Assembly: GCA_024691085.1 (NCBI GenBank)
Contig: JAILNX010000018.1
Span: 28,591-92,590 of the forward strand
Direction of reading: 5' to 3'
DNA from: Clostridiales bacterium
GTDB taxonomy: Bacteria > Bacillota > Clostridia > Christensenellales > CAG-138
DNA length: 64,000 bases
Shown: piece after piece, positions 38,061-48,461 of the stretch
Layout of the letters: the number at the start of each line of letters is the position of its first letter
Position numbering within the stretch: the stretch's first letter is position 1
The notes under the pieces: model-generated
What the model was told of the DNA's origin: nothing
Seen by the model: the letters and a program-made list of their open reading frames with translations, nothing else
The model's database searches: none
Position numbers and translations under genes: made by a program

Positions 38061-39835
38061 TCGTCCTCTCCTTCCGGCGGTTTCTGTTCGCGCTTCACCT
38101 CGACCGACGCGAGTATCGCCGTCACTATCTTCTCGACGGCGTTGGTTATGCGCCTGGGCGTGGTGTTGTAGCGTTCGGTGATGTCGTCAAGGCACTGAAC
38201 GCCGCACTGCTCGCAGGCGAGCACCTCGACCGCTGCCGAAAGCGCCTCGGACTGCCTTTCCGAGATCCTCGGGAAACGGCCCATCAAGTTCGCAAGGTAT
38301 CTTTCTGCGACGCCCGCGGCGGCGTTTAAAACCTCGCGGGGATAGAGATCCTCCGTCCTCACGTTGAATCTCGCAAGTATCTCTCTGTAGCGCATGGGGA
38401 TCGCGCTCGACGAGAGGTCGACAAGGTTCACCCTGCCCTCGATGAGATTGCCGTCGAGCATCGCGAAATACGGCTCCGCGGCGCCGCGCCTTTTGAGCAT
38501 GCCGAGCGCCTCGTTGACGAGCGACCTGCCCGCGTCGATATCCGCGATGCATTCCCTGAGCGCGAGCTCAGCGGACTCGTCCTCGACTACTTTCAGGAGG
38601 TTCACCATGGCGTAGTTTATATTGAACTCATGCATGCTGAACGTCCATCTTACCGTGCTCCTCAGGTCGGGATCCTCGCGCCATCTTGCGTTGATGCCCT
38701 CGGGAGTTATCCCGTTCCCCGACAAAAGCTCCTTGACCTTGTCGATCACCTTGTCGAAGGGAAGCTGATACTGGAGCATAGAAAACTCCTTTACGGACGG
38801 GCTTTCGGGCGCGTCGATAAGATCGAGGCAGAGCTTCATGTAGTGCTTCGCGACGAAATCGTCCCTGTCGATCTTAAGAAGCTTCGCGTAAACGTCCGCC
38901 GCCTTCTTATACTGACCGAGCTTCGCAAGGCTCACGGCGAGGCGGTGATTGGCGAGCGTATCGTAGGGCAGGAGCTTGACAAGCCTTCTCGCGAATCTGA
39001 GCGCGAGCTCGTCGCAGCCCGCTTCGAGCAGCGCGCCGTTGACTCTGAACAGCTCCTCGGGAAGTGTGGAATCGCAGCTCTCGAGCTTCCTGCAGATCTT
39101 TTTCAGCTCGATCTCGTTGTTCCCGGCTTTGACAAACATGAGCTTTAAGCTCCAGCCCGGCCAGTTGTTTTCGTCGAGCTCGAGGAGGCGGTCGACGTAC
39201 TGCTCGCCCTCCTTCCTTTTAAACGACAGAAGGCACGAAAGCGCAAGCTCGTAGAGCACGCGCGTATCCTCGGGACAGTCCTTCGCGAGCTTTAACAGCT
39301 CGCAGCGGGAACCCTCGAAGTCGCCCCTGTCGAAGGCGTCGTTCGCGGCGTCCCAAGTCTTATTGCGCTCGAGTTCCTTCGCGTCCTGAAGGAGCGGCTC
39401 GTCGCCATCGAGCGAATCGATATAGTCTAGCGCGTCGAGAATCGCGTCGGTGCGCTCGGAGACCTCGTCGGTCATGTCGAAGAAACGGTTGAAGCAGCTT
39501 CTCGCGCCCTCCGTTTCGTTAAGTCCCAGAAGGTTGAATCCGATTATGCAGTAAGCCTCGCGCTTAAAGCTCTCCGAAAGGTGCATATAGGGTATCACGA
39601 GCTTGTTCGAGTCGTTGAACCTCGCCATATCGGTGAGCACCTCCGCCGCGGCGAGCCTCGTGTCGAGGTCCTTCGGCTCGAGCCTCAGCGCCTCGTTGTA
39701 TCTTGATATCGCGCTAAGCGGATCGTTTTTGGCGCGCTTTAAATCACCCTGTTTGGCGAAGAAAGCGTGATCCTGCGTAAAGCGCAGTATCCTGCCGTTT
39801 TCGTTTCCGTTGTCGCCTTTATTCCGCACGGTCAT
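38057..39835 (-). CDS. TPR-repeat protein
   Basis: Start placed at ATG 39835 (GGGGAGAG Shine-Dalgarno, 17 nt overlap with the hslO end). Repeated TPR-like helices (AISRYNEALRLEPKDLDTRLAAAEVL...). The tracked 698 aa ORF extends artefactually through hslO. Confidence 0.7.
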   Translation of the reverse strand: MTVRNKGDNGNENGRILRFTQDHAFFAKQGDLKRAKNDPLSAISRYNEALRLEPKDLDTRLAAAEVLTDMARFNDSNKLVIPYMHLSESFKREAYCIIGFNLLGLNETEGARSCFNRFFDMTDEVSERTDAILDALDYIDSLDGDEPLLQDAKELERNKTWDAANDAFDRGDFEGSRCELLKLAKDCPEDTRVLYELALSCLLSFKRKEGEQYVDRLLELDENNWPGWSLKLMFVKAGNNEIELKKICRKLESCDSTLPEELFRVNGALLEAGCDELALRFARRLVKLLPYDTLANHRLAVSLAKLGQYKKAADVYAKLLKIDRDDFVAKHYMKLCLDLIDAPESPSVKEFSMLQYQLPFDKVIDKVKELLSGNGITPEGINARWREDPDLRSTVRWTFSMHEFNINYAMVNLLKVVEDESAELALRECIADIDAGRSLVNEALGMLKRRGAAEPYFAMLDGNLIEGRVNLVDLSSSAIPMRYREILARFNVRTEDLYPREVLNAAAGVAERYLANLMGRFPRISERQSEALSAAVEVLACEQCGVQCLDDITERYNTTPRRITNAVEKIVTAILASVEVKREQKPPEGEDE

Positions 39836-40754
39836 CAGTCTCTCCCCGATCCTCCGCGTCCGCGAGGAGCTTCTTGAGTTCCTCAAGGCCGAACGCGTAT
39901 TTCCTTTGGCAGAACCTGCAGACAAGCTCCGCCTTGCCGTCCTTTTCGATAATGTCCGTAAGCTCTTCCCGACCGAGCGAAACGAGAGCCGATTCGATCT
40001 TCTTCCTTGAGCAGTCGCAGGAGAAAACGGGCGTAAGCTCCTCGCTGAACTCGGGATCGAAGCCGTCGAGCACTGTGCAGATCGCTTCCTCGAGAGTCTT
40101 TCCCTCCTCGATGAGGCGGGTGAGCTTTGTGATCTCCACCGTCCGCTTTTCAAGCTGCTCTATGTCCGATTCTGGACAGAAGGGAAGCGGCTGCAGAAGG
40201 AGCCCGGAAGCGGCGCGCACCTCGCCCGTTTTGGGATCTACCCTCACGCCGAGATATACGAGCGACGGCTGCTGCTCGCTCTTCATGAAGTAATTGGCGA
40301 AATCGTTCGCGACCTCGCCGTCCGTAATGGCGCATCTGCCGACGTAGGGCTCCTTAAGTGAAAGATCCCTTATCACGCGGAGCTCGCCGTTCGTGCCCAC
40401 GGCGCCCGCGACGTCGAGCTTGCCGTTTTCCTTCAAGGGCAGCTCCACCTCGGGAAAATCGGCGTAGCCCTTTACCCTGCCGCCTTCCTTGCCGACCGCG
40501 ACGAATCTGCCGGCCTTGCCGCCGCCGTCGAATATGACGGTGATGTTGTCGGTGCCGTTCTTGAGCTGGGCGGACATCATGGCGGTCTGCATCAGTATCC
40601 TGCCGAGCGCGGCGGTCGTGACGTGCGAAAGCGAATGTGCCTTCCTTGCGGTCTCGACAAGCTCTCTGCCCGAGATCGCGGTCATATTCACGGTGCCCCA
40701 GAAGAGGAGCCCGCGAACGAGTTTATCCGTATTATTATTGATGCTTTCAGTCAT
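39819..40754 (-). CDS. hslO: redox-regulated chaperone Hsp33
   Basis: 311 aa ORF with C-terminal zinc centre CDCS...CRFC. Confidence 0.93.
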   Translation of the reverse strand: MTESINNNTDKLVRGLLFWGTVNMTAISGRELVETARKAHSLSHVTTAALGRILMQTAMMSAQLKNGTDNITVIFDGGGKAGRFVAVGKEGGRVKGYADFPEVELPLKENGKLDVAGAVGTNGELRVIRDLSLKEPYVGRCAITDGEVANDFANYFMKSEQQPSLVYLGVRVDPKTGEVRAASGLLLQPLPFCPESDIEQLEKRTVEITKLTRLIEEGKTLEEAICTVLDGFDPEFSEELTPVFSCDCSRKKIESALVSLGREELTDIIEKDGKAELVCRFCQRKYAFGLEELKKLLADAEDRGETDDRAE

Positions 40755-41485
40755 ATCTTCCTCGCAGCAAACTGTATCCTCTCGTCCGTTTCCTTCGGCG
40801 CCTCGAGCGTCATGAAGCCGTACGCCTCGGGCTCGAAGCCCGTTTCCCGAAGCCAGGACATGATCTCCTTTACGGAATGCGCTCTCTGTATATGCGTCTC
40901 GCCGAACCTTTCGTAGAGCCCGTTCCTGTTTACGAAAAAAGAGAGCTTCATCTCGACGAGCTTTGACTCGGGATCGTAGGCGTTCTGCCAGATATACGCG
41001 AGATCCTCCCCGTCGTCGGCGAAGGTGTTGTTCCCGAGCACGTGTTCGAGCTTGTAACGCGACGAGATATCGAATATGAGAACGCCCCCGTCACGAAGCA
41101 CGCTGTGCGCAGAAGAGAAGAACTTTTTTACGTCCTCACGCGAGGTCAGATAGTTGACGCCGTCGCATAAGGCGAGGACGCAGCCGTACTTCTTTCCCGC
41201 GGGGAGCGAGCGCATATCCGCGCGGAAGAACCTGAGGTCGGCCTTGAACATGCCCTGCTCCCGCTGCTTTTCGGCGGCGACCGCGAGCATATCGTCCGAG
41301 ATATCGCAGGCGGAAACGGAATAGCGCTTCCTCGCGAGCCTCAGGCTCATCTCTCCCGTGCCGCAGGCGCACTCAAGCACGGACGCGCCGGCGGGTATGA
41401 ATCCCGCGGCGTAGTCCGCCCATCCGTTATAGTCGACGTCCCTCATCAGGGCGTCGTAAACAAAAGCAAACTGTCCGTACTGCAT
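40751..41485 (-). CDS. class I SAM-dependent methyltransferase
   Basis: VLECACGTGEMSLRLA motif I. Start placed at ATG 41485, 6 nt downstream of a consensus -10 element. Confidence 0.72.
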   Translation of the reverse strand: MQYGQFAFVYDALMRDVDYNGWADYAAGFIPAGASVLECACGTGEMSLRLARKRYSVSACDISDDMLAVAAEKQREQGMFKADLRFFRADMRSLPAGKKYGCVLALCDGVNYLTSREDVKKFFSSAHSVLRDGGVLIFDISSRYKLEHVLGNNTFADDGEDLAYIWQNAYDPESKLVEMKLSFFVNRNGLYERFGETHIQRAHSVKEIMSWLRETGFEPEAYGFMTLEAPKETDERIQFAARKI

Positions 41486-41491
41486 ATGGCG

Positions 41492-41520
41492 ATTATAGTA
41501 CATAAAAACGGCTTTGGCAA
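41492..41520 (-). promoter_or_regulatory. sigma-A promoter, apparently giving a leaderless mRNA
   Basis: Minus strand: TTGCCA (41520-41515), 17 nt spacer, TATAAT (41497-41492), then 6 nt before ATG 41485. Confidence 0.5.
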
Positions 41521-41550
41521 GAAGCAAAGCCGTTTTACCCGATTTCGGAT

Positions 41551-43395
41551 TTACATGCGGTAGATCCTGTACTTGCCCCTCATTCTGGGATTGCGCTTCC
41601 TGGTCCTGCTGGTCACAAGCAGGTGGATCACGATGGCAAGACCTATCACGAGTATTGCGATGAGTATCCAGAACAGGAGGCCGTTGCCCTCGTAGCGGTG
41701 CAGGTATTTGCTCTTCGACAGGATGTTGAACCCGCCGCCGTTCGCCTTGAACGTCCAGACCATGTCGTCCCTTACGCCGGAAACGATATTGCCGTTCTCG
41801 TCGAACTCGAGCGCGGCTGCGCCGAGCGTCCTGCCCTTTTTGGAGGAGACGAGCGCCTTCGACTGCGAAACTATGACGTAGCTTTCGCCGTCTTCGGGAG
41901 CCTCGGCGGGAACGTATTCGGGGATCCCCAGCTCGCCCTCCACGCGCTTATAGAGCTTTATCTCGCTCGTGACGGCCGGGACCTTCGCCGTGCGGAAAAC
42001 TTCGCCGTCGCAGAAGAGCAGATAGGTCTTGTTCTTCTTGTCGTCCTTGGTGTAGAGATTGTTGTTCCAGAAATACCAGACCGTGTATTCCGGCTCGCCG
42101 CCGTTCTTCGACACGGTGAGATTGCACACGTCGCGCCTTCCGGAAGGGGTCTCGCCGTCGATCGGCGAAGTCGGCGCGGGAGTCGTTATCGGCACGGGCT
42201 TATCGGAAACGGCGGTCGACGCGATGAGGTCGAAGGTATGATACTCCTCGCCGTCGAGATAGAGCGTGACGGTTCCGACCTTATCGCCGACGTTGACCGG
42301 CGCGTTGATCGCGTTCGGATCGAGCTCGGGATCGCCCCAGGTGAAGTTCTGCTCCGTGAGGGCGTCCATCCTGTCGCGGGTGCCGGCGATCCTTACGGAC
42401 GAAAGATCGACCTCGGCAGTGAACATTCCGCGGTTGGGATCGTTCATGTCATAGCCGGTCGCCTGGATATTGAAGGCATTAGAGACGCCGTAATGAGTCA
42501 GATCGTAGGAAACGAACTGCCTGAAGCCGTAATCGAACAGGAGCTTGGCGTTCCTGAACCTGTAATACTGGCTGATGCTGCCCTGGTTGTTGTCGCCCAG
42601 AAGCACCGCGACGAGCGTGACGCCGTCCTTCTTCGCCGCCTCGACGAGGCAGTAGCCCGCCCAGTTGGTTTCGCCCGTTTTGCCGCCGATGCAGTACTGA
42701 TATTTGTTGTCCTCGGTGTCGGTATCCTTGGTATAGATGAGCTTGTTCGAGGTGTAGATCGTCTTCTCGAACTTGCCCGCGGCCTCCCTGACCGTGTACT
42801 GCTTCGCGGCGATGATCTCGCGGAAGGTGGGATTCGATATCGCGTACTTCATGAGCAGCGCCATATCGTATGCGGTGGTGTAATGATCCTCGTTATGCAG
42901 ACCGTGAGCGTTGGTGTAGTGCGTCCCGGTCATGCCGAGCTCCTCCGCCTTCTGGTTCATAAGAGCGATGAAGTTATCCATCGAGCCCGCCGTCGCGACA
43001 GCGAGGCACGCGCCGCAGTCGTTGCCGGAGCAGAGCATGAGGCCGTAGAGCATATCCTTGATCGTGACCTTATAGCCCTGTTTCAGACCGAGAAGCGAGC
43101 TCGCGCTGCCGAAGCCGTTGACCGCCTCGAAGCCGCAGGTATAGTAGGTGTCGAGATCCTGGCAGTGCTCGAGAGCGACGATGCAGGTCATGATCTTGGT
43201 GGTCGAAGCCGGATACGCCTTTTCCCGCGCGTTCTTTTCAAAAAGAACGGTGTCGGTCTCGGTCTCGAGAAGAACGATATGCGGAGTGGAGATGTTTTCG
43301 AGCATGCTCCTCTCGGCAAGGACGTTCGTCGGCGTGAGTACGGAAACCAGCATCAGAACGCACAGAAGTATATGTATAAATCTTTTCACAGACAT
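41551..43395 (-). CDS. D-alanyl-D-alanine carboxypeptidase (S11, PBP5 family) with extended C-terminal region and TM anchor
   Basis: 614 aa ORF with signal peptide, SxxK (ASTTKIMT), SxN (CSGND) and KTG (GGKTGET) motifs. About 250 extra residues and a C-terminal TM helix followed by basic residues. Confidence 0.85.
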   Translation of the reverse strand: MSVKRFIHILLCVLMLVSVLTPTNVLAERSMLENISTPHIVLLETETDTVLFEKNAREKAYPASTTKIMTCIVALEHCQDLDTYYTCGFEAVNGFGSASSLLGLKQGYKVTIKDMLYGLMLCSGNDCGACLAVATAGSMDNFIALMNQKAEELGMTGTHYTNAHGLHNEDHYTTAYDMALLMKYAISNPTFREIIAAKQYTVREAAGKFEKTIYTSNKLIYTKDTDTEDNKYQYCIGGKTGETNWAGYCLVEAAKKDGVTLVAVLLGDNNQGSISQYYRFRNAKLLFDYGFRQFVSYDLTHYGVSNAFNIQATGYDMNDPNRGMFTAEVDLSSVRIAGTRDRMDALTEQNFTWGDPELDPNAINAPVNVGDKVGTVTLYLDGEEYHTFDLIASTAVSDKPVPITTPAPTSPIDGETPSGRRDVCNLTVSKNGGEPEYTVWYFWNNNLYTKDDKKNKTYLLFCDGEVFRTAKVPAVTSEIKLYKRVEGELGIPEYVPAEAPEDGESYVIVSQSKALVSSKKGRTLGAAALEFDENGNIVSGVRDDMVWTFKANGGGFNILSKSKYLHRYEGNGLLFWILIAILVIGLAIVIHLLVTSRTRKRNPRMRGKYRIYRM

Positions 43396-43497
43396 AATCC
43401 CCCATATTCGGCTTAAATTTTATTTTATCACAGATAAAGCCTTATGTACACCCCCTTAAGGAAAAATAATTTTTCTGTTTATTTTGGTCTCTATATT

Positions 43498-43506
43498 TGT
43501 TATAAT
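43498..43506 (+). promoter_or_regulatory. extended -10 element upstream of the copZ-like gene
   Basis: TGtTATAAT at 43498-43506; only a weak -35 (TTTATT) 17 nt upstream. Confidence 0.35.
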
Positions 43507-43550
43507 AGGATAAACAAGTATGTTTTATGAAAGGGAAGGTAGTTTGGAAT

Positions 43551-44860
<1,310 letters not shown>

Positions 44861-44878
44861 CCACAGGAGGATAAAGCT

Positions 44879-45526
44879 GTGAACAACATAGAAAAATACG
44901 TCGACCATACCCTTTTGAAGCCCGAAGCCAAATCGGATGCGATCAGAAAGATCTGCGCCGAGGCGCGCGAGCACGGCTTCATGAGCGTGTGCGTCAACTC
45001 CTGCCACGTTAAGCTCGTTTCCGAAGAGCTTAAAGGCTCGGGAGTCAAAACCTGCTGCGTGGTCGGCTTCCCTCTGGGCGCGATGGCGACCGAGGCGAAG
45101 GCGTTCGAGGCTGACTACTGCGTGAACAACGGCGCGGACGAGGTCGATATGGTCATCAATATCGGCGCCGCCAAGGACGGAAACTGGGACTTCGTCGAGG
45201 ACGACATTCGTGCCGTCACCGAAGCCGCGCACAGGGGCGGAGCGCTCATCAAGGTCATTATCGAGACCTGCCTCCTCACTGACGACGAGAAGGTCAAGGC
45301 CTGCGAGGCGGCGATGCGCGCGGGCGCCGATTACGTCAAGACCTCCACGGGCTTCTCGACGGGCGGCGCGACCGAAGAGGACGTTAAACTCATGCGCTCG
45401 GTCGTCGGCGACAAGCTCGGCGTGAAGGCTTCGGGAGGCGTACGCACGCCCGAAGACGCCGAGAGGATGATCGCCGCGGGCGCGTCGAGGCTCGGCACGT
45501 CAAACGGCGTAAAACTTTTGGGCTGA
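44879..45526 (+). CDS. deoC: deoxyribose-phosphate aldolase
   Basis: 215 aa ORF (GTG start, GGAGG Shine-Dalgarno), DHTLLKP, VCV, catalytic Lys in VKTSTGF. Confidence 0.93.
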   Translation: MNNIEKYVDHTLLKPEAKSDAIRKICAEAREHGFMSVCVNSCHVKLVSEELKGSGVKTCCVVGFPLGAMATEAKAFEADYCVNNGADEVDMVINIGAAKDGNWDFVEDDIRAVTEAAHRGGALIKVIIETCLLTDDEKVKACEAAMRAGADYVKTSTGFSTGGATEEDVKLMRSVVGDKLGVKASGGVRTPEDAERMIAAGASRLGTSNGVKLLG

Positions 45527-45591
45527 AAAGCGGGGACTTACCGCCCCGGAGATCATAACAAACTGACTGTGACCACAATACGGAGGACAAT

Positions 45592-46578
45592 ATGAAAAAG
45601 CTTATCGCAATTCTTCTTGCGGCAGTGTTCATCCTGTCGCTGACCGGCTGCTCGAAGCTCGGAAGGATCATCGACATACTCAGGGAGACCGAGGCGCCCG
45701 ACTATACCGACGTTCCCGGTACGGAGGCTCCGGACAACACCCCCGAGCCTACCGAAGCGCCGGAGGTCACGGAAGAGCCCGTGCCCGAGACCTTCCTCGT
45801 TATGCTCGAACCCGGCGTGCCCGTCGCGGTCGATCTTGATGAGGACGGCAAGACCGATACCGTGCTCCTGACCGGCAGGGCGATCGACGAATGGGACGAC
45901 TATGAGTTTACGCTCACGATCACCTTGGGCGCGAATTCCGGCGATCCTTACAAGTACGTCGTGGACTACTGCTTCGAATGCAACGCCTGCATCATCGACT
46001 GCTATCCCGACGACGGACGCAAGGAGGTACTGATCTCCTCCGCCGCCGCTTCGGAGGATTGGGATACCGTCGCGTTCCGCGTTATCGACGGCAGCACCCA
46101 GATCGACGACTTCCATGAATACTTCGGCGTGACCAGGGAAGAGATGCTGGGCTTCAGCGCCGTCGACGGCTTTGAGATCCGCGATTATACCGACGTGCTC
46201 GGCACGAGGCTTCTCCACGCGAGGATGAAGGTCACCTCCCGCGGATATTTCATGGTATCGGAGGATTATTCCTACGTTCTCGACAGCAGCGCTCCCGCCG
46301 ACGACGAGTACTGGACGATACTCCTGACCGCTCCCCTCGACGGGACCATGGTCAAACCCGACGGAACTGCCGGCGACGCGTTCACTATCCCCGCCGGAAC
46401 GAGGATAAGGCCCTATAAGACCAACCTCGACGACTACGTTTCCGTTCTTCTCCCCGACGGCACCGTCGTAAAAATCAGGCTCGAGATACACTCCTGGTCT
46501 GATTACGGCAGCGACTGGGGCATATTCCTGAACGGAAAGAACCAGGACGAGTACGCCGAGATGTTCTACGCGGGCTGA
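45592..46578 (+). CDS. uncharacterised lipoprotein, paralog 1
   Basis: 328 aa ORF, lipobox LTGC, T/E/A/P-rich linker, DLDEDGKTD motif, C-terminal ...HSWSDYGSDWGIFLNGKNQDEYAEMFYAG. Confidence 0.6.
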   Translation: MKKLIAILLAAVFILSLTGCSKLGRIIDILRETEAPDYTDVPGTEAPDNTPEPTEAPEVTEEPVPETFLVMLEPGVPVAVDLDEDGKTDTVLLTGRAIDEWDDYEFTLTITLGANSGDPYKYVVDYCFECNACIIDCYPDDGRKEVLISSAAASEDWDTVAFRVIDGSTQIDDFHEYFGVTREEMLGFSAVDGFEIRDYTDVLGTRLLHARMKVTSRGYFMVSEDYSYVLDSSAPADDEYWTILLTAPLDGTMVKPDGTAGDAFTIPAGTRIRPYKTNLDDYVSVLLPDGTVVKIRLEIHSWSDYGSDWGIFLNGKNQDEYAEMFYAG

Positions 46579-46602
46579 TAAACGACCGGGAGGTATAAAA
46601 AT

Positions 46603-47595
46603 ATGAAAAGGATAATCTGCGTCATTCTTATCGCCATCCTCGCGCTTTCCGCGACGGCCTGCTCCAAGATCGGAAAGATAATCGACGTTCTGTTTGAGAC
46701 CGAGGCTCCGACCGTTACCGACGTCCCCGCGACCGAGGCTCCGACCGTCACGGAAGGACCCGGCGAGACCGACGATCCGAACGCGACGGACATTCCCGAC
46801 ATTCCCGATCCCGACGAGGATTTCATAATGCTGCTTGATACGGGCGTCGAATACGACCTCGATCTCGACTCCGACGGTCTTGACGACAACCTGATCATCA
46901 CCTCTTACGAGGTCGGCGACTATGGCGAGCGCGGCTATACCGTAAAGATCACCCTCGGCTGCAATAAGGAGCATCCTTTAGAGTACCAGATCAATTACTG
47001 TGACGAATTCTACGCCTGCGTGCTCGACAGCTACCCCGGCGACTACCGCGCGGAAGTTCTGATATCCTTCATGCAGGACTCCGACGACTGGACGACCGTC
47101 GGCTTCCGCGTAAACGACACGATCCCCGAGATCGACGTGTTCGAGAAGTACTTCTGCGTCAGCAAGGGCGCCATGCTCGATTTCACCGCCAAGAAGGGCT
47201 TCGAGGCTTTCGACAGTACCGACGTCTGGGGAACGCACTCCGTCCGGGCGTATTTCAAGGTCGGACAGTTCGGCTTCGACATGTTATCCGTGGATTACAC
47301 CTATTACATCTACGACGACGATGACTGTGCGCTCACGCTCGAGCGCTCGCTCGACGCGTACGTCCTCAACGACGACGGCACCAAGGGCGCCGCGGTCAAC
47401 GTTGCCGCGGGCGAGAAGATCCTCCCCATAAGGACCGATAATGCGACATACGTCGTTATGAAGGTCGTCTCGACCGGCCAGCTCATTATCGCGGACGTCG
47501 AGATCCATTCCTGGTCCGCCGGCTACGACGACTGGGGCATATTCATCTCGGGAGTCAATCAGGACGAATACGCCGAGATCCTGTACGCAGACTGA
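46603..47595 (+). CDS. uncharacterised lipoprotein, paralog 2
   Basis: 330 aa ORF, lipobox ATAC, same layout as paralog 1 (DLDSDGLDD, ...HSWSAGYDDWGIFISGVNQDEYAEILYAD). Confidence 0.6.
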   Translation: MKRIICVILIAILALSATACSKIGKIIDVLFETEAPTVTDVPATEAPTVTEGPGETDDPNATDIPDIPDPDEDFIMLLDTGVEYDLDLDSDGLDDNLIITSYEVGDYGERGYTVKITLGCNKEHPLEYQINYCDEFYACVLDSYPGDYRAEVLISFMQDSDDWTTVGFRVNDTIPEIDVFEKYFCVSKGAMLDFTAKKGFEAFDSTDVWGTHSVRAYFKVGQFGFDMLSVDYTYYIYDDDDCALTLERSLDAYVLNDDGTKGAAVNVAAGEKILPIRTDNATYVVMKVVSTGQLIIADVEIHSWSAGYDDWGIFISGVNQDEYAEILYAD

Positions 47596-47603
47596 CGAAA
47601 ACG

Positions 47604-47634
47604 CCCTCCGATTTAAAAAATCGGGGGGTTTTTT
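47604..47634 (+). terminator. intrinsic terminator after the lipoprotein pair
   Basis: CCCTCCGA (47604-47611) pairs with TCGGGGGG (47621-47628), followed by TTTTTT. Confidence 0.8.
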
Positions 47635-47657
47635 GAAAAATCACCCTGCGTAAGGGG

Positions 47658-47688
47658 TTGCATGTGACGCTGCGTAATGAGCTAAAAT
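47658..47688 (+). promoter_or_regulatory. MerR-type promoter with 19-nt spacer
   Basis: TTGCAT (47658-47663), 19 nt spacer, TAAAAT (47683-47688). The spacer contains the short palindrome ACGC-T-GCGT. Confidence 0.5.
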
Positions 47689-47711
47689 GCACTCAAGGGA
47701 GGTGAAAAGCT

Positions 47712-48461
47712 GTGTCCGAAAAACAGTACGCCGACGAAATGCTCTCGACCGGAGAGATCGCCAAGGAGTGCGGAGTTACCGTGAGGACCGTTCAGTATTA
47801 CGATTCGCGCGGGCTTCTTGTTCCCAGCGAGCTCACCGAGGGCGGGAGGCGCATGTACTCCGGAGACGACGTGAAGAAGCTCAGGTTCTTAACGTACCTG
47901 CGCTCTCTGGGCCTTTCGATAGACGATATCGGAAGGATCGTCGCCGAGGACAATTCGGGGAAGGTGCTCGAGATGCTTCTTGAGGAGCAGATCGGTTCCC
48001 TGTCCTCCGAGGTCGAAGAGAAAAAGGCGAAGCTCAAGGAAGCGCGGGAGTATCTTTCGATGCTGAGATCTCCGGAGCTTAAGAAGTTAGGCGAAGCAGG
48101 CGACATAGCGGCTTACATGAAAAACAAGGACAAGATGAAGAAGATCTATACCGTGATGGCCGTGCTCGCAGCCGTCATGGCGGTGATCGAGTTAGGCTCC
48201 GTGCTTTTGTGGATCAGGACCGGGATATGGTGGCCGTTCGCCGTCGGCATGCCCATCGTCGTCGCACTGAGCGTCGTTCTGACCGTGTTCTATTACAGGA
48301 ACGTCCGCTACATCTGCCCGGAGTGTCACGCGACGTTCAAGCCGGGCGTCGGGGAATTCATCTTTTCCGCGCATACGATGAAGGCCAGGAAGCTGACCTG
48401 CCCCAGGTGCGGGAAAAAGAGCTTCTGCATTGAAACATACCGTGAGGAGGATGAAAAATGA
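47712..48461 (+). CDS. MerR-family transcriptional regulator with two TM helices and a C-terminal zinc ribbon
   Basis: 249 aa ORF (GTG start, GGGAGG Shine-Dalgarno). MerR HTH (STGEIAKECGVTVRTVQYYDSRGLL), coiled coil, TM helices (IYTVMAVLAAVMAVIELGSVLLWI; IWWPFAVGMPIVVALSVVLTVFYY), CPEC...CPRC. Confidence 0.85.
   Translation: MSEKQYADEMLSTGEIAKECGVTVRTVQYYDSRGLLVPSELTEGGRRMYSGDDVKKLRFLTYLRSLGLSIDDIGRIVAEDNSGKVLEMLLEEQIGSLSSEVEEKKAKLKEAREYLSMLRSPELKKLGEAGDIAAYMKNKDKMKKIYTVMAVLAAVMAVIELGSVLLWIRTGIWWPFAVGMPIVVALSVVLTVFYYRNVRYICPECHATFKPGVGEFIFSAHTMKARKLTCPRCGKKSFCIETYREEDEK

Noticed and set aside
38057-40153. 698-aa tracked ORF extending the TPR protein through hslO. Similar upstream extensions occur at 35940-36788, 52165-53646 and 16023-17492.
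   Set aside because: The extensions overlap well-supported genes or AT-rich promoter regions and have biased composition. Internal starts with Shine-Dalgarno sequences give proteins that begin where the recognisable domains begin.
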